Assembly: GCA_001599295.1 (NCBI GenBank) | Contig: BCGN01000008.1 | Span: 682,001 to 746,000, forward strand | Length of the DNA stretch: 64,000 nt | Source: Sporopachydermia quercuum | Taxonomy: Eukaryota | Direction: 5' to 3' | Part shown: positions 22,289 to 35,900 of the stretch, piece by piece | Layout of the letters: each line of letters opens with the position of its first letter | Position numbering within the stretch: the first letter of the stretch is position 1 | Position numbers and translations under genes: made by a program | The notes under the pieces: model-generated | Databases searched by the model: none | Seen by the model: only the letters and a program-made list of their open reading frames with translations | What the model was told of the DNA's origin: nothing

Positions 22289-24523
22289 CTAACATTTACT
22301 CATTAATTTATTCTTTGGCCAGTCATAACCAGTTTGCGACCATAGTGTAGCATTGAAATTCTCATAGCTCTTCGGATGATTTTTGATAAATTCAGCCGTT
22401 GGATAGTCATGTGGATCACAAGTCACACTCTTCGCATTAGCTGGTTGATACACTCGTACATAATCGATTGACATAATACTTGGAAATTCCAACGATGGCC
22501 AATCGATATATGCCCATGAATTAGACACCCCTAAGTTCAATACTATTGACATTGGTTCTCTTGAAATAAGTCTCCAATCAATATTCCCATTAGGATGAAA
22601 TGTATTCTGATAAGCTGTGAATGTGGGATCATCACCAACAAAGAATCTTAGATAACCTTGATTATCCGAATTATAAGTCGGTAATTTGGGATGGACACCA
22701 TGTAGATACTCATATGCAAACTTCTGATATGCGCTTTCGCCAAAATCGAAATTTTGCTGTGTTAATGTGTTATAACCAGTGGTATTCTCATACCATTTAG
22801 GATTCAGGGTTGTTACACCAGAAAGAGCTTGTTGGAAAGGACCACCAGCCCAAGAATTCATTGCAGTGACTGATAGATTATAGATTTCTACAAAATCGTA
22901 GTCTGGAATATACCAAATGTCAAACGGTGCTATCTGGGCTGATTGAGATGCAACTCCAGCGAATAGTTTTGTATCCATTGCACCTTCCAGCGCATCAATC
23001 TCTGGTGCTCCTCTTCCTACGCCAGGGTTAGGATGATCTTCACCCGAACACGTACACGAATTAAGCCTTTGTCCAGATAAATAGGAGAGACCATCAGCAG
23101 AAGATTGATTAGGGGTGATTCCTGCATCACAACTATCATAACTGTAAGGCCACAATCCATCAGTGGTGGATAGATAACCAGGTCTACCTAGATTCCCCAT
23201 AGTCCAAATTCCAGGCCAGAGGCCGGAGACAAAACCTTTACCCGGTAGATTCGCTGACACTTCGATTGCTCCTTGAGTGAAACAAAATTTATTCCATGAT
23301 TGAAGCATTCCTGATCTATAGAACAAGTTATGGTTTTTATACGCATCAAGCCTCAACCTAAGAGCACCTTTTGAAGTTGAAATCGCATCAGGGGTGTACC
23401 ATTCCAAATCAGTTGTAGCGGCATAATGGAAATCAGGTCCTGTCCAGAATTGATCATCTCCAGGGTAGAAAGTTCTTCCTTCAGCATTGAATTCATCAGA
23501 AAATACTAATTCCCATTCAGATCCATCCTTAGCTATTCGCTTCAAAGCTGATTCTGGTGTATCTGGGTCAATCAGTTCGGTTCTTATAGCAGATAGCTTT
23601 GGATATTGATACATTGTTAATATTTCATAGGTTTCATCTTTATTCTGTCCATATGTTCCTGTTGTTATACCCGAGTATGTTAACGCTGGCAAAACTATGA
23701 ATAGACATAGAAGACCTATAGTTAATATAATTATTGCTAGGAGATTAATTTTTCCTTTGAAATCTAGATTCCAGAAACAGTTTCTTGTCCATTGATGATC
23801 CTTTTCATAATCGTCCTCAGGGCTTGGATTATGGATCCAATCGTCAGCTTCTTTTTCATGGAGCAGCAAAGGAAAGGAGTCATCAGGATATCCTACAAAT
23901 GGTGAATAAGTATCATTCTCAAAAAACTGGTTAACAGCTTTTGAATTAAGTACGTCATTTTGAGAAGAAGAAGAGCTGGAAAGTGTTGGAGAAGAGCTGG
24001 GGTTTCTTATTGCTGTTGGAGGAGTACTTGATGTGATTGGTAACCCTGGTGGGAATGAAAAACTGTATGTATTTGTTATTGGTGTTCTAGAAGGCTGATA
24101 ATGCTGCGAGGATGTCGTTGAGCTTGAATTTGTGGAAGCGAATTGTTGTTGAGAGTGTGGGTGTGACAGGGGATATGACTGGGGATACTGAGAAATCGAA
24201 GGTAGATAAGGTAGTCCAACAGAGTTGTTTGATGGGCTGTCTTGTTGGTCGTTTACGATAGTATGATGATGGCTTTCAGGATTAATAAGGACACTGAACT
24301 CAGAGTTTGAATTTGAGTCCACACTTGAGCTTTCATTGGGCCCATCTGACGACCCCTGGACTATTCGATTATTGGAACCAGTAGTTGTAGGATTAGGAGC
24401 ATTGCTGCTAATATTATTATCAGTATTGGCATTGGTTGTACTAGTAGGAGAGATACTTTCGTTGTGCTGATCGATTCCCCGCTCGTTTGCTTTCGGGCTG
24501 CCAACCAATTGTCGAAATCCCAT
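22289..24523 (-). CDS. KRE6: Beta-1,6-glucan synthesis-associated GH16 membrane protein (Kre6/Skn1)
   Basis: Type II transmembrane segment followed by WELVFSDEFN, YRSGMLQSWNKFCF, GRGAPEIDALE and IDYVRVYQP. Confidence 0.93.
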   Translation of the reverse strand: MGFRQLVGSPKANERGIDQHNESISPTSTTNANTDNNISSNAPNPTTTGSNNRIVQGSSDGPNESSSVDSNSNSEFSVLINPESHHHTIVNDQQDSPSNNSVGLPYLPSISQYPQSYPLSHPHSQQQFASTNSSSTTSSQHYQPSRTPITNTYSFSFPPGLPITSSTPPTAIRNPSSSPTLSSSSSSQNDVLNSKAVNQFFENDTYSPFVGYPDDSFPLLLHEKEADDWIHNPSPEDDYEKDHQWTRNCFWNLDFKGKINLLAIIILTIGLLCLFIVLPALTYSGITTGTYGQNKDETYEILTMYQYPKLSAIRTELIDPDTPESALKRIAKDGSEWELVFSDEFNAEGRTFYPGDDQFWTGPDFHYAATTDLEWYTPDAISTSKGALRLRLDAYKNHNLFYRSGMLQSWNKFCFTQGAIEVSANLPGKGFVSGLWPGIWTMGNLGRPGYLSTTDGLWPYSYDSCDAGITPNQSSADGLSYLSGQRLNSCTCSGEDHPNPGVGRGAPEIDALEGAMDTKLFAGVASQSAQIAPFDIWYIPDYDFVEIYNLSVTAMNSWAGGPFQQALSGVTTLNPKWYENTTGYNTLTQQNFDFGESAYQKFAYEYLHGVHPKLPTYNSDNQGYLRFFVGDDPTFTAYQNTFHPNGNIDWRLISREPMSIVLNLGVSNSWAYIDWPSLEFPSIMSIDYVRVYQPANAKSVTCDPHDYPTAEFIKNHPKSYENFNATLWSQTGYDWPKNKLMSKC

Positions 24524-26327
24524 TGTTTTTATTGAATTTCATCAGCTTTTTTGCTGAGAAAATATGACTGGAAATAACTGATGGGAGCAAACAAAAAAAT
24601 AGAACTCGGTTGTTTATTCATCTGTGTTAATGTGAAGATATGAAGACCCACCTAACCAGACATTACATTACATGCACGAAACTTGTTGATATAATAAGTA
24701 ACTCACTTCTACAACTACGTTGTTGAAACAAACAAACCAAAAACACTGTATATATTTGAAGCAAGGCTTTCTTAAGTAAATCTCTCAAAAAGCACTCATT
24801 GGATATATACTGAACAAAAATTGAGTTTGATTCTTTAGAATGATAAATTAATTAAATGAAGATACAGTAAAATACCCTTAAAAGCGGTTTGACATGAGAA
24901 TAAAGAATAAGGTTCGATAGAGTTTAAAGTATAANTTGATTAGTTTAGCATGGTTGCTTATTTTGTTTTAGTATAGAGTTGATCGTGTATGAAGTATTTA
25001 ATATCAATGACGAAATTGAGGAAATTTGAGTGGACTATTATGATCAGTTCTAGATTTTCAAAAGAGATAAGGAGTAATCAAGTAAACTGGATTCTGTCAA
25101 GTTCTTAATTATCCGATCAGTCATAACTCTCTCAAGTCTTAAATCAAGGAGTTAGGTTTACGCGAATACTACTTGGCTTCTAATTTGAACATGCTTCATC
25201 GGTTTAAGGAGATTTGCGTAGGCTTATTGAAGAAGCTAAAGCAGGTTGAACATGGGATTGTAAAAGTTAAGAAGAACTTTATTCTGTATCCTTCTGAGCT
25301 TAATTAGTCGGTAGTATGCATTTGCTCCCATAGAACATGAGAATAAAGGTTCCCAAATGAGTACGCAAAATAATCTAAGTATTAACAAGCTAAATACATT
25401 GCTGGCTATTAGTTCCTAATTTCATAACTTCCATTGAATTTTGTACTCAAGTTTTCAACGCATTTTCATCTTGTATATGATAGTGAATAAAAAAGATTAG
25501 GTCTCATGCTAAATAGAGTTTCATTGTACTCACTAATTGAGGAATTTCATCATTTAAACTTTCAGGTCTTGAAACCCTTTTTCTATGAAACATAACCGCC
25601 TAATCCTTTCAGACTTTTCTTCTCAATATATTGATAAGGTAAGAATTGTAGTGAGAAATCAAGCAATCAAAGGATAATTAATATTAAGTCTGATTCTATA
25701 AAAAATTATGAATAATCGTTGTGTTGGTTGTAGTGTCACCTTTGGAAAGGGAGAATACGTTACAATATAATGTAATAACTGAACTGCTACTGATGGCATA
25801 CCAATAGAAAAAAGCAGAAGCCAGTAAACGTATATCGTTTAATGACTTGAGTGAAGAAATTGTAAAAGAACCAAGGAGTTTTTCAGTTAATTTTCATTCT
25901 AGGTGTACTGCAATTTTTAACTGCTAACTCAAGTGAATGTTAAACAGCTTCTGGCTCTTATAACCATATAAGTATTTCAACATCGGGTTCAAAACATCTA
26001 TCGTTTGACCTCTATGTTCTCCTTATACTAAAACATATCTAAATATAGATAAACAACTCGCAAGATTAACATAAATATTCATAAAATGTTCATCAATGTT
26101 ATCGAGACAAAAAAAATCTACAATTCTACAATTAATATTAGTAATAAACTAGTATAAGTCGATGATTTCAATAGGCTGACCGAGGCCACTACTTAAATAA
26201 AACAAAAACAAAAGTGATAAAACGAAAAAGCATGATAGAATATTTCAAAAAGATCAACGAACTAGCATAAAGCTAATCCTTAATTAATCTATAAAAAATA
26301 TTGAAGTACGTCGTTAAATCACATTTT

Positions 26328-28516
<2,189 letters not shown>

Positions 28517-28861
28517 TATTATTGATTTAGGAATATAAATGGAGAATGGCTTAATGAAACGATCTAGTTGTGCTAAAACGTGTCTTGAAAATGATTCTCC
28601 TGCTGATGTATCGACAAAAGGAAGAAGAAGACAGCGTTAGAAATATGAGGGAGAAAAAGGAGTGAGAAAATCGATCTCGTTGAAATTTGAAAACCGACGA
28701 AGGGTCTGTATTCATTAGGGTCTATACGTTGTTATGTATCTCGGCAATAAAATGAAGAGGGAGGGAGACTCTCATTCATTTCAAAATGTAAACCAGTATA
28801 TTACGGTGGTTACAAGAAATTTAAGTTAGTTTTCTTTGATGATTAATATAAGATTGAATTA

Positions 28862-29164
28862 GGAGTAAAAATGCTCAGGCCAATTTTCATACTGTTTCTT
28901 ACAAATCGCGATAAGTAGAAACCACCAGTATATGTTCAGTACTTCACCTTGTTGGATGGAGACTCATAATAACTGAAAGAGTCTCGACTAGGGATGTTTG
29001 GATGTATCCCTAGTAAACGCAACCGTTAACTATAAAATGCCATATTATTGGACTGGGCTACCCCTAATTGAAAAATGAGGGTCTCCATTTGTCTGTGGTT
29101 CATCACCATCCAATAGCTTTTTCTGTCTCGCAGAAGTGATTTTGTAAGGGTCTGAGATTGCTTT
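28862..29164 (+). ncRNA. Candidate structured non-coding RNA, family unassigned
   Basis: Nested complementary segments: 28874-28881/29149-29156, 28898-28909/29136-29148 and 28949-28959/29106-29116. They enclose hairpins 28959-28985 and 28987-29014. The non-Watson-Crick positions are G-U on the + strand. Confidence 0.45.
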
Positions 29165-29669
29165 CACTAATACTCATGCATGATCGGCAGTTAATTGTGG
29201 TCCAAACGAAGAATAGATTTGGATGCTGATAATTGAATAAGTACCCAAATTTTAACTCAATTGATGTTTTGGCAGTAAAGTAATGTCGTGAGATTGAAGG
29301 TCTATTGCTTAAAAACAGCACCAATTTTTTTTTGTTCACAAGGCTTTTGATCTGACCAAACCTATCAGACTATTTGACTAATATCTACAAAAAGTCAAAT
29401 GCAAATTTCAACTCTGCTACCAAAATCTCTGANAATTCATTCATTATCCCAAGTATCTCTCATCTTCGAATCACCCAACTTCGGTTCTCCATACATTCAT
29501 TCTATCATCCTTAACCATCCATCTCATCACACTCTACCCCTTTAATTACTCTGATCGCCATTATTCAATATGAAGTCTCCCTCCACTTCCGTAATTCCCC
29601 ATTTCAGACCCTACTTCTTTTCACTCAATTGACTTTTTCCCCATACTTGAAAGTTCGGGTGTACTACAA

Positions 29670-29677
29670 CCGGGTAA
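29670..29677. promoter_or_regulatory. Reb1-type site upstream of Tudor-SN
   Basis: Exact CCGGGTAA, with related CGGGT half-matches nearby (29656, 29720). Confidence 0.45.
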
Positions 29678-30125
29678 CCATATTGCTAACAAAAAAATAG
29701 TGAAACTCTTGTCCCAATTCGGGTACAAACAGTATACTCTAATCCTCATATCAAATATTGATCACGTCATCCGTCTTGGGATTGATATGCTGGCAATAGC
29801 ATTGTTTGATACAAATGAGCCCATATTTTTCAGCAATCTAATAGCCATGTAATAAACTGATAACAAGAAATCATAACGTATTGAAAGTTATAGATCGGTG
29901 GATCTGATCGTAGATGTATTGAATTCTAGCAATTGAGCAGATATCTGTCAATATAGAACCACAATTGACTTTACGGTAAACCTATAACTGTTGGGTTCAA
30001 TTGAATGGCAGTAGTTACCTGAATTCCTCGTCTACAATACTTGATTAACTGACATATATCAGGTCAGGATAGGAAAAAAATAGTATTTCTTTTATTTGTT
30101 ATCTTATACAACAAAATCAATACAA

Positions 30126-32759
30126 ATGGCACAAAAATTAACTGGAAAAGTGAAAGCTGTGCTTTCTGGTGATACTGTTATTTTGATACCGCCAAAAGCG
30201 GTTCAAAGCCCTCATGATGTTCCGGACAAAGAACGAATTTTGACGTTATCCTATGTCANTGCTCCTCGAATTCAGTCAAATGAACTTTTTGGCTATCAAT
30301 CAAGGGAATTCTTGCGAAATTTGCTGATCGGAAAGGATGTTCAATTCACTGTTGCAAATCAAGGTCAAAACAGCTCGTCGGATGGCCGTGAGTTTGGTGA
30401 TATTTCTGCTCCTATCTTTTCCTCTTTAATTGAATACACTTTGGCCAATGGTACTGTAAAGCTTAGAGATGATATACAACGCAGAGATCCTGAATCATAT
30501 GAAAGACTAAGAGGACTCCAAGAGGAAGCTGAGAACTCTGAGAAAGGCTTATGGGCCAAAGGAATCAAACCAATTGCTGTTCTATCTCAACTGGAAGAAT
30601 CTGCTGTTAGTAAATCAGTAAACAATCCAATTCCTGCCATTGTTGAAAAAGTCATTTCTGGTGATCGTCTTATTGTAAGATGTCTTATTTCACCTACTAC
30701 ACACTATGTTTCAACCGGCTTATTAGCTGGTGTTAAAGCTCCTCGCACTAAATCTAACGATGGTGATTCTGGTGAACCATTTGGTGAAGCAGCAAAGAAA
30801 TTCCTTGAATTGAGATTGCTGAATAAATCTGTTAAAGTTTCCATCATGGGATACTCTCAATCTGGTGTTCCTATTGTTAGAATTCATCATCCTGCTGGTA
30901 ATATTAGTGAAAAGATCATTGAAGCTGGCCTTGCTGAAGTTGTTGATTGGCAAAGTTCATTCCTTGGTCCTGAATTCATGGGAATTCTTAGAAGAGCTGA
31001 GAAGGATGCCAAACATAAAGGCAAGTTCTTATGGAATGATCATTCTCCAGTTGCACCTGTTGGTATTACTACCAAAGTTCCTGTTCATCATAAAGATCCT
31101 TTAGCTGTTGGGAACACTTTAATCGCTAATGTTGCAAGAATCATCTCTGCTGACTCTGTAGTGTTAAGCTTGAAAGATAATTCAGAACATACTGTGCAAT
31201 TCACTTCATTAAGAGGACCTAGAGTCTCCGATCCTAAAACTGCTCCTTATGTGAGCATAGCCAAAGAGTATTTAAGAAAACGTTTAATTGGTAGGCAAGT
31301 GAAGGTAACAGTTGATGCTATTAGAGCTAAAACTGAACAATTCGATGCAAGACCTATGGTCACTCTTGTTCATAACAGTAAAAACATTTCTGAAGCTTTG
31401 GTTGAAGCTGGTTGGTGTACAGTAATTCGTCATCGACGTGATGATGTTGATCGATCTCCAATCTGGGATGAGCTATTGCAGAAAGAGCAAGAATCCATTT
31501 CTGAACAAAAAGGTGTTCATGCCGCTAATCCGCCTGAACCNGAAAGAATTATTGAGGCTTCTGATTCTCTTTCCAAGGCTAAATCTCATTTATTGAGCCT
31601 GCAAAGAGAAAGCAAGATTCCTGCTGTGGTTGAACATGTTTCTTCTGCTACAAGAGCTCGTCTATGGTTACCACGCCAAAACATCAAACTGACATTTATT
31701 CTTGCTGGTTTAAAGGCCAGTAAAACTCAGCACGGATTAGACGTATTAAACCATTTGATCCTACAAAGAGATGTTACTATTGATATACTGGGAACTGATA
31801 AAATTGGTTCATTCGTAGGTAATTTATTCTTACCTGGAAGCTCAGTACCTGTGAGTGTTACTCTAGTTGAACAAGGTCTTGTCCAATTACATGAATTTTC
31901 TGTTGAATCAACAGGTTTTGCCTCCCAGTTAGAAGCTGCTGAACTTTCTGCCAAAACTGCAAAATTAGGTCTTTGGGAAGCCCCTAGCGATAGCTCTACA
32001 ACTGTTGGTGCTTCTACTTCTAGCAATTCTAATGAAAACACTGTTTCGACTGCTTCATCAGCTTCTCCTGGCCGTAAATATATTGATGCCACTGTTGCCT
32101 ATGTTGGTACTGATTTATCTATTTGGTATCAACCTTTAAGTACTACTGATTCTTTAGGTTCATTAATGAAAACATTCAGAACTCATCATAGTGGAAATCA
32201 TCCTAAAGCACCATCAGTCAGAGCTGGTCACTATGTTTCAGTAAAAGATCCTAACAATAGCAAATGGTATCGTGGTAAAGTTATCTCTCATGATAAAGAT
32301 CAATTCAATGTTTTAGAAATTGATTATGGGGTGACTGTTAATGTTAAAGGATCTACATTAAGAGAGTTACCTGGGAAATTTGGTATCAACGAATTACCAG
32401 CACAGGCGACAAAAGCCCAACTAAGTTTCTTAAATCTTGCTGGTAAATCTTTCCACGATGAAGTTATTGATTACTTGGATAAATTAGTTGTTGGAGTTGA
32501 TCTTGTAGTTGCTATTGATGCAGATTTCGGTGATGAGAAACTGATTACAATTTATAGTAAGACGTCTAAGGATTCTCTTGACACTATTAATAGGAAGATT
32601 GTTGAAGATGGATATGCTAGTATTAAAACAAAGTTGAATGACTGGGAGAAGAGCAATGATAAAGTTTTACAAGATTTAACTAAGAAAGAGGAAGAAGCAA
32701 GGTACGGAAGAATTGGCTGTTGGAGATTTGGAGACTTCCGTGATTTAGATGATGAATAA
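30126..32759 (+). CDS. SND1: Tudor staphylococcal nuclease (Tudor-SN/p100)
   Basis: First ATG at 30126. Four SNase-like repeats (VKAVLSGDT; VEKVISGD; VARIISADS; VVEHVSSATR), a Tudor domain (KWYRGKV..IDYG) and a terminal partial SN domain (G.WRFGD). Confidence 0.92.
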   Translation: MAQKLTGKVKAVLSGDTVILIPPKAVQSPHDVPDKERILTLSYVXAPRIQSNELFGYQSREFLRNLLIGKDVQFTVANQGQNSSSDGREFGDISAPIFSSLIEYTLANGTVKLRDDIQRRDPESYERLRGLQEEAENSEKGLWAKGIKPIAVLSQLEESAVSKSVNNPIPAIVEKVISGDRLIVRCLISPTTHYVSTGLLAGVKAPRTKSNDGDSGEPFGEAAKKFLELRLLNKSVKVSIMGYSQSGVPIVRIHHPAGNISEKIIEAGLAEVVDWQSSFLGPEFMGILRRAEKDAKHKGKFLWNDHSPVAPVGITTKVPVHHKDPLAVGNTLIANVARIISADSVVLSLKDNSEHTVQFTSLRGPRVSDPKTAPYVSIAKEYLRKRLIGRQVKVTVDAIRAKTEQFDARPMVTLVHNSKNISEALVEAGWCTVIRHRRDDVDRSPIWDELLQKEQESISEQKGVHAANPPEXERIIEASDSLSKAKSHLLSLQRESKIPAVVEHVSSATRARLWLPRQNIKLTFILAGLKASKTQHGLDVLNHLILQRDVTIDILGTDKIGSFVGNLFLPGSSVPVSVTLVEQGLVQLHEFSVESTGFASQLEAAELSAKTAKLGLWEAPSDSSTTVGASTSSNSNENTVSTASSASPGRKYIDATVAYVGTDLSIWYQPLSTTDSLGSLMKTFRTHHSGNHPKAPSVRAGHYVSVKDPNNSKWYRGKVISHDKDQFNVLEIDYGVTVNVKGSTLRELPGKFGINELPAQATKAQLSFLNLAGKSFHDEVIDYLDKLVVGVDLVVAIDADFGDEKLITIYSKTSKDSLDTINRKIVEDGYASIKTKLNDWEKSNDKVLQDLTKKEEEARYGRIGCWRFGDFRDLDDE

Positions 32760-32944
32760 GTAGGAAGAGGATATCATTAGGAGTGTTTATAACTGGAAAA
32801 TTTAGTGGTCTGCTACTACGTGTAGTCCTTCTACTAATCACATCAAATCATTCGATTTCATTCAAAAGTAAATTATTTACATATATCAAATAAACAAAAA
32901 AAATTATCAACATAGCCACATTGTATCATAGTTCATCACTTCAC

Positions 32945-35900
32945 TTACTTCTTGCTCTTCTTTCCTTTCCCTTTCTTATCTCCTTCAATGTACCTTAAAA
33001 TATCATCAACGCTTCTCTGAGAAATTGGAACTTCCTCACCTTTTAATGGTTTCTGTAAGGAACCAGCTGTTCCTTCAACAACTCGTTTTTTAACTGTTTG
33101 CTTAGCATGCGGCTTGGCTTCAGATACTCCAGCTACAGCTTGAAGTCTCATTTCATTTCTATATTTCTCATCCTTGATAGCTCTAACTGCTAATGCAGTT
33201 GATCTTTCTAACCATAACTCAACATCCTTAGTTTGTTCATGGTCAGGACCTAATGTCTTCTTCAAAACCATGAAAGCTTCTCTGAATTCCTTAACAGCAG
33301 AACTATACTCTTGACGTAAGATAAATGATAATGCATATTGATATTGAGCATTCAAGTAACTTGCTGAACCTTTACCGTAAATAGGCTCAGCGATATCCAT
33401 AGCTCTCTTGAACCAAGAATTGGCTTCCTTATAGCGTTTCAGTTCTTGATTCATAACTCCAATGTTAGTTTTCATAGTAATAGTACCCTGGTGATCATCA
33501 CCATAAACAGTTTTCCAATATTTCAATGCTAAATCCGTACAAGCCAAAGCACCAAGAATATTGCCATTAGCATGTTCCAAGAATGCCAGATTAGTATACA
33601 TCATTAACGTTTCTCCGTCATCAAGACCTAAAGTTCTCTCGGCAATAATAACTGCTTTACGTGACGCATCAATGGCTGATGCTAATCTACCGTGTTCTTG
33701 ATATCTTGACGCCAATTGATTATAAACTCTTGCTAAATCAGGATGTAAAGCACCGTAAATTTGTTCATAGAACCCAATGGCTTCTGTCATTAGTTGGAAT
33801 CCCAATTTTTCGCTCTCAACAGTTTCTTCCTCGGTTTCCTTTGGCGTAAATTGACTTCTAGCAAAATCAACTACTTCTTCTCCAATCTTAGATTGGAAAA
33901 CGGAATCCTTAACAATAGGGACAATAGCCAATAAATCATCGGACAAAAATGTAACCGGTGGTTGGGCCTTCTCAACTTTAGTAGTTCCATTGCTGCTGCT
34001 ATCATTCTGTTGCTTCTTCTTCTTTGACTTCTTCTTACTAGATTTACCACCAGATGTAATAACGCTAGCAGCAGAATCAACTAGTTCAGGTGTCGATGTT
34101 CTGGATTTACTCTCGGTTCCAGTTTCATCCTCCTTAGCTACATCTTCAGGTTTAAACACATAATTCTTTTGTTTCCATTGTAATCCGAGCTTAAGAGAGA
34201 TTTCTCGAATGGTAGGATAATATCTAGCTGTAGAAGTAATGAAATCAATACCAACGGCTTTTCTGAACCGTTTCGCAGATTCCTGTTTTACCAAAGCATC
34301 AACAGCAGCTGGAGTCAAGTCTTGGAATGAGAAATCGGTCTGAGAGTAGAATTCTTTAATTTCGCTCTCGATGACAATTTCAGGAGAACCGTTGAAAGAA
34401 GAACCAAGCAGACAGTTCAAGAAATGAGCAACAGCGTAAGGAACAATTGGAGCAGGCAAAGAAGAAATGGTGTCGCCCAAGACGTGTTTTACAGCTCTAG
34501 CAAGAATATCTTGTTTAGCAACAGTAATGAGAGGAGCAAACAGCTCTTCTAAGATAGGTTTGACAGGCTCAGGCTTGAAATCAGCTTTCGAATCTGAGGG
34601 TTCCGTTTCATCCTTCTCCTCAGGCTTTTCTTCAGGCTTTTCTTCAGGCTTTTCTTCAGGCTTTTCCTCAGGCTTTTCCTCAGGTTTTTTCTCTTCCTTT
34701 TTGCTCTCTTCTGCCTTTTCTTCTTCAATACGTTTTTCTAACATATCAATCAAAATACCTAGGTATCTAATATTAATACCTCTACGGTGAAGCATAGCGG
34801 ACAATTGAACTCCATCTAAAGGAGGATGAGCATGCAAGGATTCAACTTCATGTATAAACTCATTAATAAGATCTTCCCGAACAAATTTACTCAAATCTCT
34901 AACCAAATTTTCATCCTTGAGAACTTCAGCGTCATTTGAGCCATTTCTCACGTTATTATCAGTGAAAACATCAGGATTGACTCTCCATTTGTTGGAGATG
35001 ATTTCAGTCAAAGCCTCAGAATCAACTTTGGGGTCCTTTTCTGGCTCTTCTTTGTCTTGTTCTTCTCCTTCTCCCTTCAACTTGGCCTGCTCAGCTAAAA
35101 TCTCTTGGCCTACTTTTCTTCTCCAGAACTCATCCACAGCTTCATGTCTAATAACAGCCGCCCTGTGAGGATAAGAATTGGCATCTTCAGGGTGATAGAA
35201 ATCATCAATAAACTGAATGTCTACAGGAGCAGTTCTATGCAAATCAAGGATGTAATTTCTACCATCAGAACCAACTAAACCTTTAGTATCAACGGAAAGT
35301 TTCAGCGAATGTTCTTTTCCTTCAGCATCAAATACAGTGTGTTGTTTCAAATGGAAAATATCGGCAATAGGACCTAACTTGTCCCCGAATTCTGTGTTTG
35401 ATTCAATAGTGTTTTCCTCTTCATTAGAGCCATAAACAACATTGGCCCCGGAAGCTTTCCCTTGGTTGAAGATACCTGGGACAGGAGTCTGAGCAACTAA
35501 TCTATTACCACAGTAATCAACGACTGTGGTTCTCAGCTGGGCAACGCCAGAAAGATCTAATCGGTTCAACACTCTGACACCTTCAACGTCTTTGGCTGCC
35601 ATATAATGAGCAGCAGCATCACCACCAATCTCAGCAAAGGATCCCATACCATCACGAGCGTAGGAGTAAAAAATACCGTTATGAAGGAAAATATGACCTT
35701 CAACAGGTTCTGAGGGATTCAAAGGGGCAAGAGCGCCAGATAAAATAGCAGAAGCAGCTTTAGTAGCAGCTACCGTAAAATCAAATGATGCTTTGCATAA
35801 GACACGGTCTCGCAATAATCTGTCCTGAAGACTTTCTGAAGGAATCTCTCTGGTAGATTCATAGTCTTCTAACCAATCACGACTAGTACTAGTGGAAATA

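Noticed and set aside
24622..24706. Possible 5'UTR intron of KRE6 (GTGAGT donor, CATTAAC)
   Set aside because: The only good AG is 4 nt from the branch, unlike the supported introns, and there is no reading-frame test.
28528..28536. ATATTCCTA (snR30/U17 m1 motif) on the minus strand
   Set aside because: It sits 12 nt upstream of the ATP2 start, with no m2 motif, hairpin or ACA box.
29144..29372. RNase P-like pair GGTCTGAG / TCAGACTA
   Set aside because: It does not match the fungal CR-I/CR-V consensus, other conserved regions are absent, and long T-tracts intervene.
29656..29675. CGGGT-N10-CGGGT direct repeat containing GGGTGTAC as a telomeric template
   Set aside because: The telomere repeat of the organism is unknown, and the second copy is an exact Reb1 site.
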